From the NCBI RefSeq assembly GCF_050920415.1, contig NZ_CP169309.1: 64,000 bases of DNA, one strand, 5' to 3'. Positions 1 to 20,138 of this stretch are shown in pieces. The translations under genes and the position numbers were made by a program. Source of the stretch: Escherichia coli. GTDB taxonomy: Bacteria; Pseudomonadota; Gammaproteobacteria; Enterobacterales; Enterobacteriaceae. The number at the start of each line of letters is the position of its first letter. Positions within the stretch are counted from its first letter, which is position 1. The notes below the pieces were generated by a model. It made no database searches. It was not told the origin of the DNA and was given only the letters and a program-made list of their open reading frames with translations.

Positions 1-1941
<1,941 letters not shown>

Positions 1942-1957
1942 GTTCACTAAAAAATAG

Positions 1958-1987
1958 AACGGGGCCAAATCGGTCCCGTTTTTTTTC
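1958..1987 (+). terminator. Rho-independent terminator after glgP
   Basis: GC-rich hairpin aacggggcc-aaat-cggtcccgtt followed by a T-run (1981-1987). Confidence 0.6.
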
Positions 1988-2070
1988 GCCTTTATTTCGG
2001 AGAAGTGTCCAGAGGGGCAAGGGGACTCGGGGGAGTATAATTTCGCCATTCAGAAAGAATGGAAAGAATA

Positions 2071-3576
2071 ATGCAAAACAAAAAATGGATTTTGACCTCG
2101 CTGGTAATGGCTTTTTTCGGCATCCCCATACTGGCGCAATTTTTGGCAGCGGTTATTGCCATGCTGGGGGCCGGGCTTGCCGCTATTCTTGAGGCTTGCA
2201 ATTTACTCTTTACGCCAACAATTTATCTTCTACTCAACGTCTTTATGCTGACGCTGGGGGCGATAATCCTATTTTTCTCTGGTCGCGTGTGGGCCGGTGA
2301 TAGCGCACCAGAAAACAGAGAAATAGCCGTCTGGCGGCAATGCTTTTTTCTTTTACCTGCACTGTTAACTCTGGTTGGCTGGATAATCACGCTACATCTG
2401 GCAGATTATCAATTTCGCCAAATGGGAGCAGGTTGGTTGGCAGAGCTTATGCTCCCCTGGCTGGGAGTTTTGTTAGTCTCATTAGTCGGAGGTGAGTTCT
2501 GGTGGATAGTCATTATACCCGTTGGTGCGCATATTAGTTTTTCACTGGGGTATGGCTGGCCGACCAGATATCCTTTAACCGGCACGTACGGGTTACGTTG
2601 CCGTAATTCCCTCCTGTTTATCCTTCTCATGCTTGGTTTTATCGCTGGTTATCAGGCTTATTTATATAAACAGATTAATCCCGGCGTCGGTGTGCGTGAA
2701 AATATTGATATCTGGGCCTGGCGACCCGATAAACTCAATAATCAACTGCCGCCACTGCGTGGTAAACCGCAAATTCAGTTTACACAAAACTGGCCGCGAC
2801 TCGATGGTGCTACAGCGGCGTACCCAATTTATGCTTCTGCCTTTTATGCGTTGAGCGTTATACCGGAAGATTTCCACACTTGGGAATATCTGGAGAACTC
2901 TCGTACCCCCGATGCATATAACAGGATTGTTAAAGGTGATGCCGATATTATTTTTGTGGCGCAACCTTCCGGTGGGCAGAAAAAACGCGCAGAGGAATCG
3001 GGCGTCACTTTGAACTACACTCCTTTCGCCCGTGAAGCATTCGTTTTCATCGTCAATGCGGATAACCCGGTTAATTCCCTGACTGACCAACAGGTGCGTG
3101 ACATCTTCAGTGGCGCAATTACCAACTGGCGCACGGTTGGCGGTAACGATCAGGAGATCCAGACCTGGCAACGCCCGGAAGACTCTGGCAGCCAGACAGT
3201 GATGCAATCGCAGGTCATGAAAAATGTCCGCATGATCTCGCCGCAGGAAACCGAAGTGGCAAGCATGATGGAGGGAATGATTAAAGTTGTTGCCGAATAC
3301 CGTAATACAAACAACTCAATAGGCTACACCTTCCGCTATTACGCAACACAAATGAACGCCGATAAAAATATAAAACTGCTAGCTATTAACGGTATTGCAC
3401 CGACTGCGGAAAATATTCGTAACGGCAAATATCCGTATATCGTCGATGCCTTTATGGTAACGCGGGAAAATACTACGTCAGAAACACAAAAACTGGTCGA
3501 ATGGTTTTTAACGCCGCAGGGGCAGAGTCTGGTGGAAGATGTGGGTTATGTACCGTTGCATACAACAATGAAATAA
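2071..3576 (+). CDS. Fusion protein: N-terminal polytopic membrane domain + C-terminal PstS-like (PBP_like_2) periplasmic binding domain; function unknown
   Basis: ORF 2059..3576 (505 aa); ATG at 2071 is preferred (ggaaag RBS 5 nt upstream, TATAAT at 2036-2041), 2059 is the alternative. N-terminal ~230 aa has several hydrophobic helices; C-terminal ~270 aa carries the motif ...NSLTDQQVRDIFSGAITNWRTVGG... typical of phosphate-binding-protein-like domains. Domain call from motif memory, not HMM search. Confidence 0.75.
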   Translation: MQNKKWILTSLVMAFFGIPILAQFLAAVIAMLGAGLAAILEACNLLFTPTIYLLLNVFMLTLGAIILFFSGRVWAGDSAPENREIAVWRQCFFLLPALLTLVGWIITLHLADYQFRQMGAGWLAELMLPWLGVLLVSLVGGEFWWIVIIPVGAHISFSLGYGWPTRYPLTGTYGLRCRNSLLFILLMLGFIAGYQAYLYKQINPGVGVRENIDIWAWRPDKLNNQLPPLRGKPQIQFTQNWPRLDGATAAYPIYASAFYALSVIPEDFHTWEYLENSRTPDAYNRIVKGDADIIFVAQPSGGQKKRAEESGVTLNYTPFAREAFVFIVNADNPVNSLTDQQVRDIFSGAITNWRTVGGNDQEIQTWQRPEDSGSQTVMQSQVMKNVRMISPQETEVASMMEGMIKVVAEYRNTNNSIGYTFRYYATQMNADKNIKLLAINGIAPTAENIRNGKYPYIVDAFMVTRENTTSETQKLVEWFLTPQGQSLVEDVGYVPLHTTMK

Positions 3577-3601
3577 CTTTTGAGAGAACGGAATCAGCGC
3601 G

Positions 3602-4594
3602 ATGAATAAATTCATAGGCGTTTTACTGCTAGGTGCGGTTTTACTGGCGGGATGTGTCGACCGGGAAGGGTACTATAACAGCGTCAGGGAAGAAGAAAGC
3701 CATGGACTGACGTCTCTGCGGGGGCAACCAGAATTACGTTACAGCGATGATTGGTCAAGATGGCCGAGAGTGTACGGCGCTACAGCCTTATACCCGCTGT
3801 ATGCTTCCGCGTATTATGAATTAGTACCCGAGCCAAAAGATAAGGATCGAACCTCGCTGGCCTGGCAGGCGTATGGTTTGCAACAAACCCGAACAGCTGA
3901 AGCCTACGATAGTCTGATCAAGGTTACCGCGACGGTTATTTTTGTTGCACAACCGTCGGAAGGACAGAAAAAACGTGCAGAAGAAGCAGGCGTTAAACTG
4001 AAATATACCGCTTTCGCCCGCGAAGCCTTTGTCTTTATCGTTGATATCAAAAACCCGGTTAATTCACTTAGCGAACAGCAGGTCAAAGACATTTTTAGCG
4101 GTAAAGTGAGTCGCTGGAATAAAGTGGGCGGCGGTGACGAAAGTATAAAAGTCTGGCAGCGGCCAGAAGATTCTGGAAGCCAAACGGTTATGAAGGGACT
4201 GGTTATGCAAGATACTCCAATGCTGCCAGCCAAAAAATCCACTGTTATCGATCTTATGGGCAGTTTAATTACCGAAGTCGCCGACTACCAAAACACAACA
4301 TCTTCCATTGGATACACCTTCCACTATTACGTCACGCGTATGAATGACAATATGCTCAAAATGCGCAAACAGATCAAACTGCTGGCTATAAATGGCGTTG
4401 CACCTACAGAGGAAAATATCCGTAACGGCACTTATCCGTACATAATTGATGCTTATATGGTGACGCACGAAAACCCTACGCTGGAAACGCAGAAATTCGT
4501 CGACTGGTTTTTAAGCCCGCAGGGACAGCAATTGGTAGAGGATGTGGGCTATGTGCCGATTCATGACGCATCATACGAATCATCAGTGCAATAA
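3602..4594 (+). CDS. Lipoprotein with PstS-like (PBP_like_2) binding domain; paralogue of the C-terminal domain of the upstream gene
   Basis: 330-aa ORF; N-terminal signal peptide with lipobox LLAGC; long colinear similarity to residues ~240-505 of the upstream protein (e.g. IFVAQPSEGQKKRAEEAGV / IFVAQPSGGQKKRAEESGV; WQRPEDSGSQTVM in both). Confidence 0.8.
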   Translation: MNKFIGVLLLGAVLLAGCVDREGYYNSVREEESHGLTSLRGQPELRYSDDWSRWPRVYGATALYPLYASAYYELVPEPKDKDRTSLAWQAYGLQQTRTAEAYDSLIKVTATVIFVAQPSEGQKKRAEEAGVKLKYTAFAREAFVFIVDIKNPVNSLSEQQVKDIFSGKVSRWNKVGGGDESIKVWQRPEDSGSQTVMKGLVMQDTPMLPAKKSTVIDLMGSLITEVADYQNTTSSIGYTFHYYVTRMNDNMLKMRKQIKLLAINGVAPTEENIRNGTYPYIIDAYMVTHENPTLETQKFVDWFLSPQGQQLVEDVGYVPIHDASYESSVQ

Positions 4595-5196
4595 TGATGA
4601 ATAAAATCAGACTTTATATTCCTCCGTTAATTCTTGGTTTTTTTATTGTGCCGTTGTTGGTGTGGCCGACGGTGGTTGCGCTGGCTGCTTCTGTTATCAC
4701 GCTGAGTTTTCTGGGAGAGATACTGTTCTCTATCCCGCTCATGATCAGGCATATTTCGCTTCTGCAATTACAACTATGGTTATCGGCTGAATATGCGCTT
4801 TTCTGCTGTGCAATGGTGGGCGTTGGTTGGCAATTTGCGCGCAGAACGCCACCTGAATCGAAAAGCAGACTGCATTGTTGGCTGGTATTTGCACCGGTTT
4901 ATTTCTGGTTGCTCCTGTGGAATATCATTTTCTATGTCGCGCCAGCGAATATTGCGTTGCTGGAGAATATGCGCAGTTTCTTTCTGACAGTTGTCTGGCT
5001 CCCACTAAATTTTTCACCATTTTGGTCCCAACCGTGGATTGACTTTGTCGGTCCAATAAGCGCACAGCTTGGTTTTGCGTTGGGATATTATTGCCAGTGG
5101 CGTAGCAAAAATAGAAGCCAGATACGGAAGTGGAGTGAGTGGGGAACGTGCCTGAGTTTTGTTACGTTGGGTATGATGGCGTGGGCTTTGCGGTAA
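4594..5196 (+). CDS. Polytopic membrane protein, homologous to the N-terminal membrane domain of the 2071..3576 protein
   Basis: 200-aa ORF; start overlaps the previous stop (TAATG); hydrophobic segments; local similarity to the upstream fusion protein (MMNKIRLYIPPLILGFF vs MQNKKWILTSLVMAFFG; VGPISAQLGFALGYYCQW vs VGAHISFSLGYGW). Confidence 0.7.
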   Translation: MMNKIRLYIPPLILGFFIVPLLVWPTVVALAASVITLSFLGEILFSIPLMIRHISLLQLQLWLSAEYALFCCAMVGVGWQFARRTPPESKSRLHCWLVFAPVYFWLLLWNIIFYVAPANIALLENMRSFFLTVVWLPLNFSPFWSQPWIDFVGPISAQLGFALGYYCQWRSKNRSQIRKWSEWGTCLSFVTLGMMAWALR

Positions 5197-5248
5197 TTCC
5201 CTGACTCAAAAAGTAGGTCAGATTGTTGACAAAGTGCGCTTTGTTCAT

Positions 5249-6626
<1,378 letters not shown>

Positions 6627-6687
6627 TTTTTTGTTTATCATCAGTCTCAGGTCAGATTGAAATCTGACCTGGCCACATTACGTTAAT

Positions 6688-8193
6688 TTACGACGCCAGC
6701 GACAACCTCTGCTGCGTATACTCCCCTAGCCACTGACTCACACGGGATTGTTGCTGCGCATTCAGCCACATGCCTTGTTTTGTGCGACGCCACAGGGCAT
6801 CGTCGGCGCGGCGGACCCATTCGTGATCCACAAGGTATTTCAGCTCCGCTTCGTAGAACTCATGACCGAAATCCTCCCCAAGATCGCTTACCGCCCCCGC
6901 ATTGCCGAGCAGCAGCTCGCTGTTGCTGCCGTAAGTGCGCGCGTAGTGACGTGCCAGCGATTCAGTCAGGAACGGGTAACGGCGGCGCAGGCGGGCGGCA
7001 TAATCGTCGCGATCGCCTTCAATGGCACCACCCGGCAGCACGCTCTCTTTCGTCCACGCCGGGCCAATGCCCTGATAATACGGCGTCAGTTTTTCCAGCG
7101 CGTGCTCCGCCAGTTTGCGGTAGGTGGTCAGCTTACCGCCGAATACCGATAACAGCGGAGCTTTGCCGTTTTCATCATGGATATCAAGGGTGTAATCACG
7201 GGTAATGGCCTGCGGCGAATCAGATTCATCATCACACAGCGGACGCACACCGGAGTAGGTCCAGACGATATCGTCCCGGCTTAACTGCTTTTTAAAGTGC
7301 GTGTTATACACTTTCAGCAGGTAATTGATTTCACTCTCTTCAATCTTCACTGCTTTTGGATCACCTTTGTATTCCACATCGGTGGTGCCGATGATGGAAA
7401 ACTCGTCCATCCACGGGATCACGAAGACAATACGTTTATCTTCGTTTTGCAGAATGTAGGCTTGCTTCTGGGTATGCACACGCGGCACGACAATATGGCT
7501 GCCTTTGATCAGGCGAATGCCATAAGGTGAGGGTAGATGCATCCCGTCGTCGAAGAACTGCTTCACCCACGGGCCGGTGGCGTTCACGAGGCCGCGCGCT
7601 TGCCAGCTATATTTTTTGCCGGTATCGATATCTTCCGCTTCCACAATCCACAGGCCGTTTTCGCGGCGAGCAGAAGTGGCACGAGTACGGGTAAGCACTT
7701 CACCGCCTTTACGCACCACCATCTGGGCGTTGGCGAGTACCAGACGGGCGTCGTCTACCCAACAGTCGGAATATTCGAATCCGCGCTTAATTTCCGGTTT
7801 TAACACTGAATTTGCGCCAAAACGCAAACCGGTTGATCCCGGCAGGCTGGTGCGTTTACCCAGATGATCGTACATAAACAGACCAATACGGATCATCCAC
7901 GCCGGACGCAGATGCGGGCGATGCGGCAGGCGAAAACGCATCGGGAAAGCGATATGGGGAGCCATTTTCAGCAACACTTCACGTTCAGCCAGCGCCTCGC
8001 TGACCAGGCGGAATTCATAGTGCTCAAGGTAGCGCAGGCCACCATGAATGAGTTTTGAACTGGCGGAAGAGGTCGCACAAGCGAGATCCTGCGCCTCCAG
8101 CATCAGCACGGATAAACCGCGTCCAGCGGCGTCTGCCGCGATACCAGCACCATTGATGCCGCCACCTATCACAATCAGATCTTTGGTTTCCAT
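6688..8193 (-). CDS. glpD: Aerobic glycerol-3-phosphate dehydrogenase
   Basis: ORF 6688..8208; translation from METKDLIVIGGGINGAGIA... (FAD-binding GxGxxG) matches GlpD; ATG at 8193 gives 501 aa. Confidence 0.95.
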   Translation of the reverse strand: METKDLIVIGGGINGAGIAADAAGRGLSVLMLEAQDLACATSSASSKLIHGGLRYLEHYEFRLVSEALAEREVLLKMAPHIAFPMRFRLPHRPHLRPAWMIRIGLFMYDHLGKRTSLPGSTGLRFGANSVLKPEIKRGFEYSDCWVDDARLVLANAQMVVRKGGEVLTRTRATSARRENGLWIVEAEDIDTGKKYSWQARGLVNATGPWVKQFFDDGMHLPSPYGIRLIKGSHIVVPRVHTQKQAYILQNEDKRIVFVIPWMDEFSIIGTTDVEYKGDPKAVKIEESEINYLLKVYNTHFKKQLSRDDIVWTYSGVRPLCDDESDSPQAITRDYTLDIHDENGKAPLLSVFGGKLTTYRKLAEHALEKLTPYYQGIGPAWTKESVLPGGAIEGDRDDYAARLRRRYPFLTESLARHYARTYGSNSELLLGNAGAVSDLGEDFGHEFYEAELKYLVDHEWVRRADDALWRRTKQGMWLNAQQQSRVSQWLGEYTQQRLSLAS

Positions 8194-8226
8194 GCTGCCC
8201 TCATTCACTTTCGTTAAAGCTCATAA

Positions 8227-8244
8227 ATGTTCGTTATCGAACAT
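8227..8244. promoter_or_regulatory. Candidate GlpR operator in the glpD/glpE divergent control region
   Basis: 18-bp palindrome atgttcgttatcgaacat; resembles GlpR operator half-sites as recalled (TGTTCG...CGAACA). Confidence 0.5.
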
Positions 8245-8304
8245 ATTAGCAAAGAATCGCGCTTTGGGTAACATTGAAAAAACATTTTAGAGTGATATGT
8301 ATAA

Positions 8305-8709
<405 letters not shown>

Positions 8710-8741
8710 CGCTTTATACTGTCCCCTTTTGTGTGGAATAA

Positions 8742-9584
<843 letters not shown>

Positions 9585-9600
9585 TTCCAGGGATTTATAA

Positions 9601-10359
9601 ATGAAACAAACACAACGTCACAACGGTATTATTGAACTGGTTAAACAGCAGGGTTATGTCAGCACCGAAGAACTGGTGGAACACTTCTCCGTCAGTCCGC
9701 AGACTATTCGTCGTGACCTCAACGAGCTGGCGGAGCAAAACCTGATCCTGCGTCACCATGGCGGCGCGGCACTGCCTTCCAGTTCAGTTAACACGCCGTG
9801 GCACGATCGTAAGGCCACCCAGACCGAAGAAAAAGAGCGTATTGCCCGCAAAGTGGCGGAGCAAATTCCTAACGGCTCGACGCTATTTATTGATATCGGC
9901 ACCACGCCGGAAGCGGTGGCGCACGCGCTGCTTAATCACAGCAATTTGCGCATTGTGACCAACAATCTCAACGTCGCTAACACGCTGATGGTAAAAGAAG
10001 ATTTTCGCATCATTCTTGCAGGTGGCGAATTACGCAGCCGCGATGGTGGGATCATTGGCGAAGCGACGCTCGATTTTATCTCCCAGTTCCGCCTTGATTT
10101 CGGGATTCTGGGGATCAGCGGCATCGATAGCGACGGCTCGCTGCTGGAGTTCGATTACCACGAAGTTCGCACCAAACGCGCTATTATTGAAAACTCGCGC
10201 CACGTTATGCTGGTTGTCGATCACTCGAAATTTGGCCGTAATGCGATGGTCAATATGGGCAGCATCAGCATGGTCGATGCCGTCTACACCGACGCCCCGC
10301 CACCAGCGAGCGTGATGCAGGTGCTGACAGACCATCATATTCAGCTGGAGCTGTGCTGA
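9601..10359 (+). CDS. glpR: DeoR-family glycerol-3-phosphate regulon repressor
   Basis: 252-aa ORF; N-terminal HTH (...VSTEELVEHFSVSPQTIRRDLNEL...). Confidence 0.95.
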   Translation: MKQTQRHNGIIELVKQQGYVSTEELVEHFSVSPQTIRRDLNELAEQNLILRHHGGAALPSSSVNTPWHDRKATQTEEKERIARKVAEQIPNGSTLFIDIGTTPEAVAHALLNHSNLRIVTNNLNVANTLMVKEDFRIILAGGELRSRDGGIIGEATLDFISQFRLDFGILGISGIDSDGSLLEFDYHEVRTKRAIIENSRHVMLVVDHSKFGRNAMVNMGSISMVDAVYTDAPPPASVMQVLTDHHIQLELC

Positions 10360-11929
10360 TCCTGCACGGCTTCCCACGTCAGACCAAAACGCGCCAGGTA
10401 TTTGCGTAGCCGATCCGCGTCGTTGACGCTGGCTTTGCCCTGGCGCGAAACATCAAAGAGTTCACGCCCGGCAGCGGAAAGCGATTTTGCCTGACGGCAG
10501 ATAGCGATAACGTGTTCCAGTTGCAGCCGATCAAAGAGGTCGATGTTTTCCGCTTCAGCGCCCAGTAGCTGTGTAAGCACGGAAGGGCGGCTCTCCTGCC
10601 AGTTATAGCGCAGACGGTTTATCTCATCTTCTACGGTTTCAAGGGTGATACGCCCACTATCGGCAAACGTCGCCATGCGTGTGACGCTGGCAGAAAGCTC
10701 GCGAAAGTTACCGCGCCATGTTGCCTGGGGAGATGTCGCAAAGGCCAGCCAGGCGCGCCTCGCTTCGGTGTTAAAACGCACGCTGTCGCCGGTGAGTGAG
10801 GCGTGGCGCTCCACTTCATAATCCAGGTTCGGTTCAATATCTTCCTGGCGCTGGCGTAGCCCCGGCAGGGTGAAGGTCCAGAGATTGATCCGCGCGTACA
10901 GGTCTTCGCGAAATTTGCCTTCGGCAACCAGCTGACGCAAATCGCGCACCGTTCCGGCGATCAGCTGAAAATCACTGCTCACCTGGCGATCGCTACCAAA
11001 CGGGTAAAAGGTTTTCTCTTCAATGGCTTTCAGCAACATCGCCTGTTCGTCTGCGCCCAGTTCGCCAATCTCATCAAGAAACAACATGCCACCGTTGGCG
11101 CTGCGTAATAATCCTTCACGAGATTCCCGCGCCCCGGTGAACGCGCCTTTCACATGACCAAACAGCGCGGACATGGCGGTATCGCCACGCAGAGTGGCGC
11201 AGTTCACTTCCACAAACTCGCCGCTAAACTGATGCCTCGCCTGTTTTAACTCGAAGATGCGTCGTGCCAGAAACGACTTTCCCGCACCGGTTGGGCCGTT
11301 GAGCAGGATCGGCGCGCGGGATCTAATCGCCACTTTTTCGATCTGCTCAATCATGCGGTTGAAATGGGAGTTACGCGTGGCAATGCCGGATTTGAGGAAA
11401 TCGAGGGTTTGCTGGCGTTCTTCGGCAAAGCGGCTGGCAATAGCGTTATAACGGCTTAAATCGAGATCGATAATCGTCACCGCACCAGGGCTGTTGGGCT
11501 GTTCTTTTTTACGCGGTGGCGAAGATTGTATTAACCTGGCGGGCAGGTAACGCGCTTCCGCCAGCAGAAACCAGCAAATCTGCGCGACGTGGGTACCGGT
11601 GGTGATGTGAATTAAATAGTCTTCTTTATCAGGTTCGAACGCGTAACCACGGGCGAAATCATGCAGGCAGGCGTAAACCTCCTCGAAATCCCACGGGTTA
11701 TGCAGTTCAATCTCAACGCTCACCACTTCTGTTTCTGGCGAAACATTGGCGATATCGCGTTTAAGCGTTTCAAACAGCGAGCGTCGTGCAACAATTCCAG
11801 TCGATTGATGACTAACGATTCTTGCTGACATAGACAGAGTGACGGACGCCATTTCGACCATCGCTGACTGCCGCGCCCGGCATAATCCAGTACGGTGCCG
11901 ACAAAGCCAAAAGCCACTGTTTTACGCAT
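10341..11929 (-). pseudogene. rtcR: Sigma54-dependent regulator RtcR, split by a frameshift in the N-terminal CARF region
   Basis: N-terminus MRKTVAFGFVGTVLDYAGRGS... is in a 69-aa ORF (11720..11929) that stops; the rest (AAA+ motif GPTGAGKSF, C-terminal HTH) is in a different frame (10341..11861). Frame switch near 11785-11800 at a short cgct direct repeat. Confidence 0.7.
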
Positions 11930-12063
11930 CTTAGATATCCTTATAAAAGACGATATTTCATTATCGGTAAATTGGCTTCGTGGAAAATCTCCGTTTACGG
12001 ACTGGAAGATTTTATCTATTTAAAAACAATGAATTAAAAAATTAATCTGCTTATTTAATTTTC

Positions 12064-12079
12064 TGGCACGACGGTTGCA
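12064..12079 (+). promoter_or_regulatory. Sigma54 (-24/-12) promoter of rtcBA
   Basis: TGGCAC-gacgg-TTGCA, an exact match to the TGGCAC-N5-TTGCA consensus, ~40 bp upstream of the rtcB start. Confidence 0.85.
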
Positions 12080-12117
12080 ATTATCAGGACAGCAAACAAC
12101 GAAAAGAGAAAAACAAA

Positions 12118-13344
12118 ATGAATTACGAATTACTGACCACTGAAAATGCCCCGGTAAAAATGTGGACCAAAGGCGTGCCGGTAGAGGCCGATGCGCGTCA
12201 GCAACTTATTAATACGGCGAAGATGCCGTTTATTTTCAAACATATTGCGGTAATGCCGGATGTACACCTGGGTAAAGGTTCCACCATTGGTAGCGTGATC
12301 CCAACCAAAGGAGCGATTATTCCGGCGGCGGTGGGGGTAGATATCGGTTGTGGAATGAACGCACTGCGAACTGCGTTAACGGCGGCTGACCTGCCTGAAA
12401 ACCTGGCGGAGCTGCGTCAGGCGATTGAAACTGCCGTGCCGCACGGACGTTCCAATAATCGTAGCCGTCGTGATAAAGGCGCATGGGAGCATCCGCCTGT
12501 TAACGTCGATGCTAAATGGGCCGAGCTGGAAGCTGGTTATCAGTGGTTAACGCAAAAATATCCGCGTTTCCTTAACACTAATAACTATAAACATCTGGGA
12601 ACGCTGGGAACGGGTAACCACTTTATTGAAATCTGCCTTGATGAGTCGGACCAGGTGTGGATTATGCTGCACTCCGGTTCACGCGGAATTGGTAATGCCA
12701 TCGGGACTTACTTTATCGATCTGGCACAAAAAGAGATGCAGGAAACGCTTGAAACGTTGCCATCGCGTGACCTGGCGTACTTTATGGAAGGTACGGAATA
12801 CTTTGATGATTACCTGAAAGCGGTGGCCTGGGCGCAGCTTTTTGCCAGCCTTAACCGCGATGCGATGATGGAAAATGTGGTAACGGCGTTGCAGAGCGTT
12901 ACGCAGAAAACGGTAAGACAGCCACAAACGCTGGCGATGGAAGAGATCAACTGTCACCACAACTATGTGCAAAAAGAACAGCACTTTGGCGAAGAGATCT
13001 ATGTGACGCGTAAAGGCGCGGTGTCTGCGCGTGCTGGTCAATATGGAATTATTCCCGGTTCGATGGGGGCGAAAAGCTTTATTGTCCGTGGGCTGGGAAA
13101 TGAAGAGTCGTTCTGTTCGTGCAGCCACGGTGCCGGGCGGGTAATGAGCCGTACTAAAGCGAAAAAACTGTTCAGCGTGGAAGATCAAATTCGTGCCACC
13201 GCGCATGTGGAATGCCGTAAAGATGCCGAAGTGATCGACGAAATCCCGATGGCGTATAAAGATATCGACGCGGTGATGGCGGCACAAAGCGATCTGGTGG
13301 AAGTTATCTACACCCTGCGTCAGGTGGTGTGTGTAAAAGGATAA
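12118..13344 (+). CDS. rtcB: RNA-splicing ligase RtcB
   Basis: 408-aa ORF; conserved RtcB metal-binding histidines/cysteine region. Confidence 0.95.
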   Translation: MNYELLTTENAPVKMWTKGVPVEADARQQLINTAKMPFIFKHIAVMPDVHLGKGSTIGSVIPTKGAIIPAAVGVDIGCGMNALRTALTAADLPENLAELRQAIETAVPHGRSNNRSRRDKGAWEHPPVNVDAKWAELEAGYQWLTQKYPRFLNTNNYKHLGTLGTGNHFIEICLDESDQVWIMLHSGSRGIGNAIGTYFIDLAQKEMQETLETLPSRDLAYFMEGTEYFDDYLKAVAWAQLFASLNRDAMMENVVTALQSVTQKTVRQPQTLAMEEINCHHNYVQKEQHFGEEIYVTRKGAVSARAGQYGIIPGSMGAKSFIVRGLGNEESFCSCSHGAGRVMSRTKAKKLFSVEDQIRATAHVECRKDAEVIDEIPMAYKDIDAVMAAQSDLVEVIYTLRQVVCVKG

Positions 13345-14364
<1,020 letters not shown>

Positions 14365-14406
14365 TGCAGAGATGTAAGCCGGATCCGACGTATTATCCGG
14401 CTAAAC

Positions 14407-17118
<2,712 letters not shown>

Positions 17119-17622
17119 TCACTTCACTGTGGAAAATGAGGAAATATTATTTTTTTTGCGCTTCGTAATTAATGGTTATAAGGTCGGCCAGAAACCCTTC
17201 TAATGCAAGCGATGACGTTTTTTTATGTGTCTGAATTTGCACTGTGTCACAATTCCAAATGTTTATTAACAACTCACCTAATAACGACGCTGATGCAGCG
17301 AGAATACTGGGTTTTACGGTATTTTCCTCATGTTCATCAGTTTCATTTAAGCAAGGGAGTCTTCTCAATTCCTGATGAAAGAGCCATCTAAAAAGAGGAT
17401 CTTAATAAACCTATTAAGAATGAGATGGAGCAAACTGGATGTTTTACTTATGAAACTGTTTCACTCCTTTACTTAATTTATAGAGTTACCTTCCGCCTTT
17501 TGAAAATACACAACGGCCATTTTTTGCACTTAGATACAGATTTTCTGCGCTGTATGGCATTGATTTGCTGCTAATCCTGTGGATTGCACTAGGTTTAAGT
17601 GGTCGAGATCACATTTCCTTGC

Positions 17623-17664
17623 TCATCCCCGCAACTCCTCCCTGCCTAATCCCCCGCAGGATGA
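17623..17664 (+). promoter_or_regulatory. malPQ promoter region with MalT boxes
   Basis: GGATGA at 17659-17664 and inverted TCATCC at 17623-17628, ~75-110 bp upstream of the malP start. Confidence 0.55.
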
Positions 17665-17711
17665 GGAAGGTCAACATCGAGCCTGGCAAACTAGCGATAA
17701 CGTTGTGTTGA

Positions 17712-20129
<2,418 letters not shown>

Positions 20130-20138
20130 GGAAGCTCG

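Noticed and set aside
2005-2045. Promoter call for the accessory three-gene cluster based on TATAAT at 2036-2041
   Set aside because: No convincing -35 element at the right spacing; mentioned in the CDS evidence as support for the start choice but not listed as a feature.
6648-6671. Perfect hairpin aggtcagat-tgaa-atctgacct just 3' of glpD, considered as the glpD terminator
   Set aside because: No T-run follows it on the glpD (minus) strand, so it is not a convincing intrinsic terminator; noted only as an inverted repeat within the plasticity-zone finding.
17147-17391. Two small overlapping ORFs (73 aa minus, 62 aa plus) in the malT-malP intergenic region
   Set aside because: They fall in the long malT upstream leader and promoter region; no RBS or start context, and the region is better explained as regulatory DNA.
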